NCBI GenBank assembly: GCA_977018835.1
Contig: OZ361256.1
Location: forward strand, 806,001 to 870,000
Direction of reading: 5' to 3'
DNA from: Minutocellus sp. GHC0000111
Taxonomy: Eukaryota
DNA length: 64,000 nucleotides
Shown one piece after another: positions 57,055 to 64,000 of the stretch (position 1 is its first letter; each line of letters opens with the position of its first letter). Both the position numbers and the translations under genes were made by a program. The notes beneath the pieces were generated by a model. It saw nothing but the letters and a program-made list of their open reading frames with translations, searched no databases and was not told where the DNA came from.

Positions 57055-57247
57055 TCTTTGGACCTCCTTGAAGAATTGTACAAACACATATAGAGATGTG
57101 TATAATAGATTTATTTTCATTTTGTTTGATTTCGTCGCACTATTGTTAGAATATGCATCCCATTCAGCCTGCCATGTGATGGGTCTACCAATTGGTAACT
57201 AGATGTAGCCACTTGCTAACTTTCGATGCACATTAGGATTTCTCTTT

Positions 57248-58147
57248 CTAACGAAGCTGACCGCAGTCGGAAATCACCACAGGAACTCGAGTACGGCCCT
57301 GATCTGAGCCAACTTGCTCGATGGCAGAAACAATATCCATTCCGCTAACCACCTTGCCGAAAACGACGTGCTTGCCATCAAGCCAGGTAGTATCGGCCGT
57401 GCAGAGGAAGAATTGACTGCGAATGGCATAATATGGGAACAACGGATGAAATGTAAGCAAATAAGTCATATTGTACCATGTTATCAATAATATATGTTTT
57501 GAACTCATTCATTCTGCACTCCAATCATTCCGCAAACGAGCAACTTACCTTCCATTGGTACTGGGCCCTGCGTTGGCCATGGAAAGCGTACCAGCCCCGG
57601 TATGCTTGAGCACAAAGTTTTCGTCATCGAACTTGGATCCGTAGATCGACTCGCCGCCGGTTCCGTTGTGCCTGGTGATATGAGAAATGGTGACAAAAAA
57701 TGTTGGAATCAGAGGTAGGCAATCCAAAAGAGTTAAAACAAAATAGAAATTTCTGTGGGTAGACCATCATTGATCCAAATCAGTGTGAATTCGTTGCACA
57801 TACCTGGTGAAATCACCTCCCTGGCACATGCTGAAAAGTGGGGAACGATACACAGATGACAGTTGTTGAAAGTTGTGAGATAACAATGTGCGAGCATAGC
57901 AACATAACTTACAACCACAAAATCTACCTTAAACATCCACTCACAATCCAGGGATGACGCGGTGAAAGCTTGATCCCTTGAAGTGCAGCATCTTTCCGGA
58001 ACGGCTCTGTCCCTTCTCTCCGGTGCACAGACATCTGAAGTTCTCTGCGGTACGAGGCACGACGTCGGCTCTCAGTTCCATTTCGATGCGGCCCTTGGGC
58101 GAGCCGCCGATGGTAATGTCGAAGAAGACGACTGGATTTTCGCTCAT
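57248..58147 (-). CDS. Cyclophilin A-type PPIase, 4 exons
   Basis: [47 protein letters not shown]. Exons 58147-57945, 57830-57804, 57671-57549, 57416-57248. Confidence 0.95.
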
Positions 58148-58462
58148 TTTGATGATGTGTGGGTATTAAGAACGGACGGCGTCGCTCTGCAGGAATGTAA
58201 CGCACGCCCAGAGGAGGGTGGGGTCGAAAGGGTGAAATGCCGCAGCAGCAGCAGCAGCAGCAAATGTGGTGGGACAGGCCTGTCCGTCGTCCGCCCGTCG
58301 TCCTTGCTTGGTTGCTTGCTTGGTCGGTCCTCCACACCTTGGTCCTTGGATCGGATGAAGCCACATTAGGTCTTAGAGTCAGCTCTTGCAAGACTAGGAA
58401 TTCCTAGACAGGGCATTGCTAGCACAATGGTGCGCCCAGGCACTGTACAAAAGCGCCCCAGC

Positions 58463-60228
58463 ATGCGCCGTCGCGTGCTGATTAGTTCCATTCTTCTGTT
58501 TGCCAATGCCTTCGACCGAGCATCATCCTTTTAGTCATCGGTACCACCACCGTCTCCCGTTCCACGCCGTCCAGAACCACCGAGGAAGCAATCAATCGAG
58601 TACATGAATCGCATCCGAAATGCACGGGATTGGAAAGCAGGAGGCAGTGTTGTGGTGGATATTGAAAAAGCAGGCTACATCCCAAATGTCTTCCACTACA
58701 GCGCCATCATTAGCAGGTGTGCCAAGGACCGCCGACCGGACAAGGCAATGGGCTTTCTCAAGAGGATGATCAATCAGGGGGTCGAGCCGAATGAATTTGT
58801 CTTTGGAGCAGCTATTGATGCATGCGCCCGAACCGGGCAGTATAAACACGCGATATTATTGCTGAGCGAGATGGAAGGAAAGTATGGCGTAAAACCGAAT
58901 CTGAAATGCTTTAGTGCTGCAATCAGCGCTTGCGAAAAGGCGGCAAAGTGGGAAGAAGCCGTGAAATTGTTGCGCAAAATGTCAGAAAAGGGCATAGAAC
59001 CGAATGTAGTATCTTATAACTCAGTCATCAGTGCGTGTGAAAAGTGTGCCGAATGGGAAAGAGCTCTTGAATTCCTCGACGAGATTAAGGAGGTGGGCAT
59101 TCAGCCAAATGTGGTATCTTTCAATTCGGCTATCAGTGCATGTGAAAAGGGAGGACAGGCTGATATTGCTCTTTCGTTGTTGGCTGAGATGACGGAAGTT
59201 TGCATCCAACCTGATGCGTACTCGTACAACTCGGCAATTAGTGCATGTGAAAAGGGAGGAAAAGCGGATATTGCTCTTTCGTTGTTGGCCGAGATGAAGG
59301 CCGAAGGCATTCGGCCAGATGTGGTATCCTACAACTCAGCCATAGCCGCCTGCGGAAAGGGAGGAGCTGATTACATCGATACTGCCCTATCGTTGTTCAA
59401 TGAGATGAAAGAGGACGACATCCAAGTGAACGTTATGTCGTACAGTTCTGCTATCAGTGCATGCGAGAAGAGCGGTGCCAAATATACTGATGTTGCCCTC
59501 TCGTTATTGGCTGAGATGAAGGCTGAAAGCGTTCGGCCGAATGATTACTCCTACAACTCGGCCATAGCCGCATGCGGAATGGGAGGCGCCAAATATACCG
59601 ATGTTGCCCTCTCATTGTTGGCCGAGATGAAGGCTGAAGGCATTCAACCGGATGCTTATTCCTACAACTCAGCCATAACTTAATGTGAAAAGGGCGGTGC
59701 TAAGTATACTGATACTGCCCTATTTTTGTTCAATGAGATGAAAGAGGCTGGAGTCAAACCTGATGGGGTGACCTACAGAGCCATAACAAAGCTTGTTTCG
59801 ACTCGACTCGATATTTCGAGGCCCTCAAGAAAGCAAGAGAGGCGGCGGATCTTGGCAAGGGTCGGTCTATGTACATCGATATGTCAACTGAGAATGATCA
59901 GGCAAAGTGGGATCTTCACGATCTGACAGAGGCAACTGCATGCATGCTCCTCTCGGACGCCCTATTGAATTTAGTTGCCAACAAAGATGGGCCAGAACCA
60001 AACTTTCACGATGTTATCGTCGTCACTGGCAAAGGATTGAACACGGAGGGCCCGGATGGACCGGTGCTTCTAGACAAGGTCCCTGCATTCCTCGACAATG
60101 TCGCTGGATTGGAAATCACTGCCGTCGAGGGGAACGAGGGCAGATTCCTCATCACGGCAATATCGTTGGAGGAGTGGGTTGTATCAGGAACTTATGATAA
60201 GTTCCGATCTGTAATACAAGACAGATAA
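58463..60228 (+). pseudogene. PPR-SMR protein gene with plastid presequence, carrying two nonsense codons and a frameshift
   Basis: MRRRVLISSILLFANAFDRASSF*(58532); about 10 PPRs; TAA at 59681; frame break at ~59790; SMR motifs WDLHDL, VVTGKG, NEGRF. Confidence 0.75.
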
Positions 60229-60372
60229 TAGGCATCTACCAACGGTAAATTGTACTTCATTGATGCATGTGGGAGTATCAATCTTCTAGAAAATTGTCTA
60301 TTCTACTTGGTCTATCCTTGCTGTACTCTATCTACTACATGCATTTCTATTTCAAAACCATTGTATGGCCAA

Positions 60373-61032
60373 TTATCTCCTCACGCCCATCAGATCGTAA
60401 TCGAGTGGGTCAGCATAGCCACCACTACTGGTACCTACGCTACTTCGAAGAACGGGTCCTTCTCCATCATCTCCACCATCACCGCCCACAAGACATCCGT
60501 TCATGACACTTTCGTTGAGACCGGTAGTGTCGACGCATACGCTAATGGGGTGTCGGTTGGTGTCGACAAAGTAGTGGCTTTGTAGGCAGCATACCATGGA
60601 CGTGCCGTCCTGGAAGGCGCACTGATCGATGCAAGTGCAGGCATTCTCCCGCGGAATGCCATCGATGTATTCCTGCGATCCCTTCTTGATGGTGTAGACT
60701 GGGAGCTGTTTGCCCAGCTCGGGACAGTTGGAGGGGGCACGATTGCCGGGTCCTGTGGCGGGCTGCGGCCGAGCCGGGCCGTTGCAGCAGGTCCCATCAT
60801 CGACGCCGGCGCGATTGACGTCGTCGTCGCCGCCATTGTTGCCGCCACTGGTGTTGCCTCCGCCACCACCGCCACTATTCTTGGGTGGCTTGGGAGATTT
60901 CTTGTCCTTCTTTAGATAGCGCTGGTCGGAGATGGAAGAAGTAGCGTCATTCTCGTGGATACCTCGAAGATTCGCCTCGGCGGCGGGTGCGGTAGCGGCA
61001 AGGACGATGAGTGTGAAAGCGATGGTCTTCAT
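60373..61032 (-). CDS. Secreted Cys-rich protein with RXL site and Lys/Gly-rich segment (paralog A)
   Basis: Signal MKTIAFTLIVLAATAPAAEA, then NLRG, QRYL-KKDKKSPKPPK, and a Cys domain shared with the gene at 61973. Confidence 0.8.
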   Translation of the reverse strand: MKTIAFTLIVLAATAPAAEANLRGIHENDATSSISDQRYLKKDKKSPKPPKNSGGGGGGNTSGGNNGGDDDVNRAGVDDGTCCNGPARPQPATGPGNRAPSNCPELGKQLPVYTIKKGSQEYIDGIPRENACTCIDQCAFQDGTSMVCCLQSHYFVDTNRHPISVCVDTTGLNESVMNGCLVGGDGGDDGEGPVLRSSVGTSSGGYADPLDYDLMGVRR

Positions 61033-61972
61033 TGATATGTTGGTAAAATTAGGCGTGCTGGTCGGTGCGGTTGGAAGTCGAGTTGAGATCTACTTTTGCT
61101 TTGCTTTCAGTTCGATTCTTTGATTTGTGAAGCAAAGAGACTGACTGAACCAGAGTAAAGTGAACTGCAAACCGCTACTTCATACTTGCATAGCGGCGTT
61201 GGTTCACACGATCAAACGGAAGCCGCACCATTGGAACTCAGCAATCTTGCGCGAGCACCATCACCGTCGTGCCGAGATCGATTCGTGTCTGGTCACACGC
61301 GTGTGTCCTTCTTTCGAGATCCAAATTCTTTTGCGCGAAATCGGGCGCATGGTGTGCTGGTGCGGACATGCGTATCTTTCGCTCGTGCGATATGCCGGTA
61401 ACTGGCGATCCAAGAGCAGGCAGGGCGGTAATAAAAAGAGGCCGCAAGATTATGGAGACGCATGGATTTTGGATTTGAATTGGATCTTTTCGATGATGTT
61501 CCAAAGCGGGGGGGAACGTGACAGGCGTCGTTTCAACGGAAACTTTTTGCCCCCGGTTGAAGCAAGCCAAGAGGGGAAATTGTTTACCTCGCCCCCCCAA
61601 GCGCCCCCCAACTGGTAAAAACAACGCATAAAAACAAAAACACACCCGGATATGAAGAATAGGGGATGTTCGGGGGAAATGTCTTTCCCTGGACTTCCCC
61701 CTGTTTTGGTTCGCTTGGCCGAAAATTGCGCCGATCGATCGAGAACCCTGAACTTTCAAGACCGCAAGACCGCACCTCGTGCTTTGACCCGCAACGAAAT
61801 CGAAGGAGGATGTCAATCGAAACAGAAGTGGCATAATATCAAATACTCGCTGTATTCACTCTCACTAATCTGGCAAACACAACTCGAACAAGCACATCCG
61901 ATTACAAAGCAACCCAAAGACAAACCTCGAAGCAGCAACAAGACCCTCATTTTCCCTACAATTACCACAAGA

Positions 61973-62817
61973 ATGAAGATCACCAGCACCCTCATCATCG
62001 CCCTCGCCATCTCTGGCACCACCGAGGCTCGACTTCTCGGAAAGAAGAAGTCCAAGAAAGGAGGAGGATCCAGCGACATCGTCGCTGACAACAGGGTCGG
62101 CGCCATCAAGACTGGCGGTGGTGCATCCAACAAGGCCGGTGGTGGAGGGGGAGGATCGAAATTTCGCGATCCCAAGCTAGCGCCTGGAATCCCACCGGGC
62201 ACCGTCTGGCCTGGCGACGAATCGACCAACGTCGACAACCGCGTTCCCGGCCAATCGACCGACGGCGATTGCTGCAACGGCGAGGCAGGACCGCAACCGC
62301 CCAGTGGCCAAGACAGCGCTGGCAATCGAGTTGGGGGCTGTGCCGTGCCGGAAAGTGGCTTCAAGCCCACCTTCAGCATCGCCAAGAAGGCCGAGGGATT
62401 TACATTGAACAACTACATTACCGGCGTCCCCCGAGATTTCGAATGCGAGTGCAATGATCAGGTGAGTGTTATTTGATAATTTTCTCCTGCTTTTTTGCAC
62501 TTTTTGTATCGATCCAACAATACAACAATATGCCTCACCACAATATTTTTCACTTCTTCTCCTAATTTAACTTTCTACGACTCCAGTGCGCTGTCCAAGA
62601 CGGTTCTTCTAGGATCTGCTGCTTCAAGTCGCACTACTTCATCGGCCAAGACAACAAAAACATCAAGCTATGCGTCGATCTCACTGGCATCACTGAGGCC
62701 GCTATGAGCGGCTGCATCGTAACTCCCGAGGAAGAGCCTGTGCTTGTTGGCGACGTTCTCGATGTCGCTCTTCCCGTACTAAGTCGCCCAGGCGTTGATG
62801 TCGACCCCAACAAGTAA
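61973..62817 (+). CDS. Secreted Cys-rich protein with Lys/Gly-rich segment (paralog B; intron 62462-62586)
   Basis: Signal MKITSTLIIALAISGTTEA-RLLGKKKSKKGGG; spliced CECNDQ|CAVQDGSSRICCFKSHYF aligns with paralog A. Confidence 0.8.
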
Positions 62818-63122
62818 ACCTCTACAGAAAAGAACATGTATGGTATGGAATATATACTCTCGAGACAGAAGGCTTTTTGCATTGACGATGCAGCCTACAT
62901 TGGCGCCCGATGCAGATGTTTGAGCCTTCCAGCCAAGACTCCCAAGAAGAGCATGAAATAAAAATGTATATTGAACGACCCTGAATTACAAACCTGTTTA
63001 CATAGATAGATGTATAAGATGATAAAGTATAGACCCGCATTATATAAACGAGTGGCATTTTATACTTTACTGCTATCCAATAATTTGGCGGCATGCCATG
63101 CATTTCAGTGGATATCCCTTAT

Positions 63123-64000
63123 TTATTTTGCGTCGTACCAGTTCTTATGAACGCAGCTTCCATCGACCAATAATGGCACTGAAGTCTTATCCAAACCAAA
63201 GAACCAAGGTTCTTCCATGCATTTGACCACTTCTGCAAATGCCTCCTCAGCGGTTTCTTCGGGACCCTCAAGGATGACTTCGTCGTGAATTTGCATAAGT
63301 AATATCCAACCAAGCTTCTTCAGTACTGGGCTATTGTTGATCTTGATCATTGCGCTCATGGCAACGTCTGCCGCGCCGCCCTGGATGGGGGTATTGATAC
63401 TAGCGCGGAGGGCATGGCCGACCAGTTTTTGGTTCTTTCCCATTGCCTCGGGGATGTCACGATATCGTCCCATGAGTGTTCGAGTAATCCCCTCCTTCTT
63501 TGCCGTCTGCTTGGTCTTTTGTTGCCACTTGAGTACCTCTGGGCGAGAATCATACCAGGCTTGAAGCATCTTCTCGGCCTCCTGCGGAGAGACACCCCAA
63601 TCCTGACTGAGGCCGTGCGCTGTCTTGCCGTACGCGATGGAAAAGTTGAGAGTCTTGGCCTTGCGTCGTTCCGATGCGAACTCGTCCTTGAGCATTGGCT
63701 TGGGCGGATCACCATTGGCATAGTCCCATTCCAACAGGCACTCGCCGGCGTCGACTTTCTGCTGGATGTAGTCAAACATGCCGAGAGCCGTACGAGAATG
63801 AAAATCACCACCGGCCTCGAAAGCATCGATCATACTCGTACAGTCCGTCATACTGGCGAGAAGACGGAGCTCAAGCTGTCCATAATCGGCAACGATTAGG
63901 TTGTTCCCTGGAGAGGATTGGAAGGCTTGGCGAATCTTGTAAGTGTCCTTCTCCAGAGCTGGCTGGTTTTGCAGGTTGGGCGATCGGGATGATAATCGGC
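63123..64000 (-). CDS. Family A DNA polymerase, organellar POP-type, C-terminal part (continues past window)
   Basis: RLSSRSPNLQNQP, VADYGQLELR (motif A), ERRKAKTLNFSIAYG (motif B), NTPIQG, QIHDE (motif C); CLLEWD insert typical of plant/protist organellar polymerases. Confidence 0.93.
   Translation of the reverse strand, partial: RLSSRSPNLQNQPALEKDTYKIRQAFQSSPGNNLIVADYGQLELRLLASMTDCTSMIDAFEAGGDFHSRTALGMFDYIQQKVDAGECLLEWDYANGDPPKPMLKDEFASERRKAKTLNFSIAYGKTAHGLSQDWGVSPQEAEKMLQAWYDSRPEVLKWQQKTKQTAKKEGITRTLMGRYRDIPEAMGKNQKLVGHALRASINTPIQGGAADVAMSAMIKINNSPVLKKLGWILLMQIHDEVILEGPEETAEEAFAEVVKCMEEPWFFGLDKTSVPLLVDGSCVHKNWYDAK

Noticed and set aside
42786..59683. Stop-codon reassignment (TAG/TAA read as sense)
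   Set aside because: Only three in-frame cases, while many conserved genes in the window end normally in TAA or TAG.
59000..59760. Regular 105-111 bp repeats resembling an array
   Set aside because: They are coding PPR repeats, not CRISPR; there are no unique spacers and no cas genes.
61480..61705. G/C-run hairpin-like sequence between the paralog pair
   Set aside because: Stems are short and imperfect; no recognisable ncRNA or MITE terminal repeats.
1..64000. tRNA, rRNA or prokaryotic operon/defence system
   Set aside because: None recognised; spliceosomal introns and gene content show eukaryotic nuclear DNA.

Overview
Gene-dense eukaryotic nuclear DNA, most likely a diatom. The evidence is short GT-AG introns, bipartite signal+ASAF-type plastid presequences, a Copia element and RXL/KxxK secreted proteins. 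The window opens with the decayed 3' end of a Copia LTR retrotransposon, followed by about 29 genes. These include two P4H-like 2OG-Fe(II) oxygenases, an SLC6 symporter, an FKBP with a CaaX-like tail, a Ubl+poly-SIM protein, a SNF5/zf-4CXXC/PHD/bromo chromatin protein, an ABCG transporter with an exact 1455-bp tandem duplication, a Rieske PaO-like oxygenase, an 8-EF-hand protein, an EEP nuclease, a transglutaminase-like protein, FOXRED2, Cys-rich secreted proteins, a bZIP, ankyrin-like and LRR proteins, a ~2,800-aa unknown, an RGG+RapZ-CTD protein, an amino-acid transporter, PTOX, a PPR protein, cyclophilin, a PPR-SMR pseudogene and a partial organellar DNA polymerase. Many genes carry single-base frame breaks, mostly in homopolymers, which probably reflect assembly indels. 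The best candidates for new biology are the eukaryotic RGG-RapZ-CTD protein, the divergent pair of RXL/KxxK Cys-rich secreted paralogs, the SNF5-reader-NUMOD1 fusion, the Ubl-poly-SIM protein and two head-to-head genes whose ATGs overlap. All family calls come from motif recognition by eye; no searches were run.
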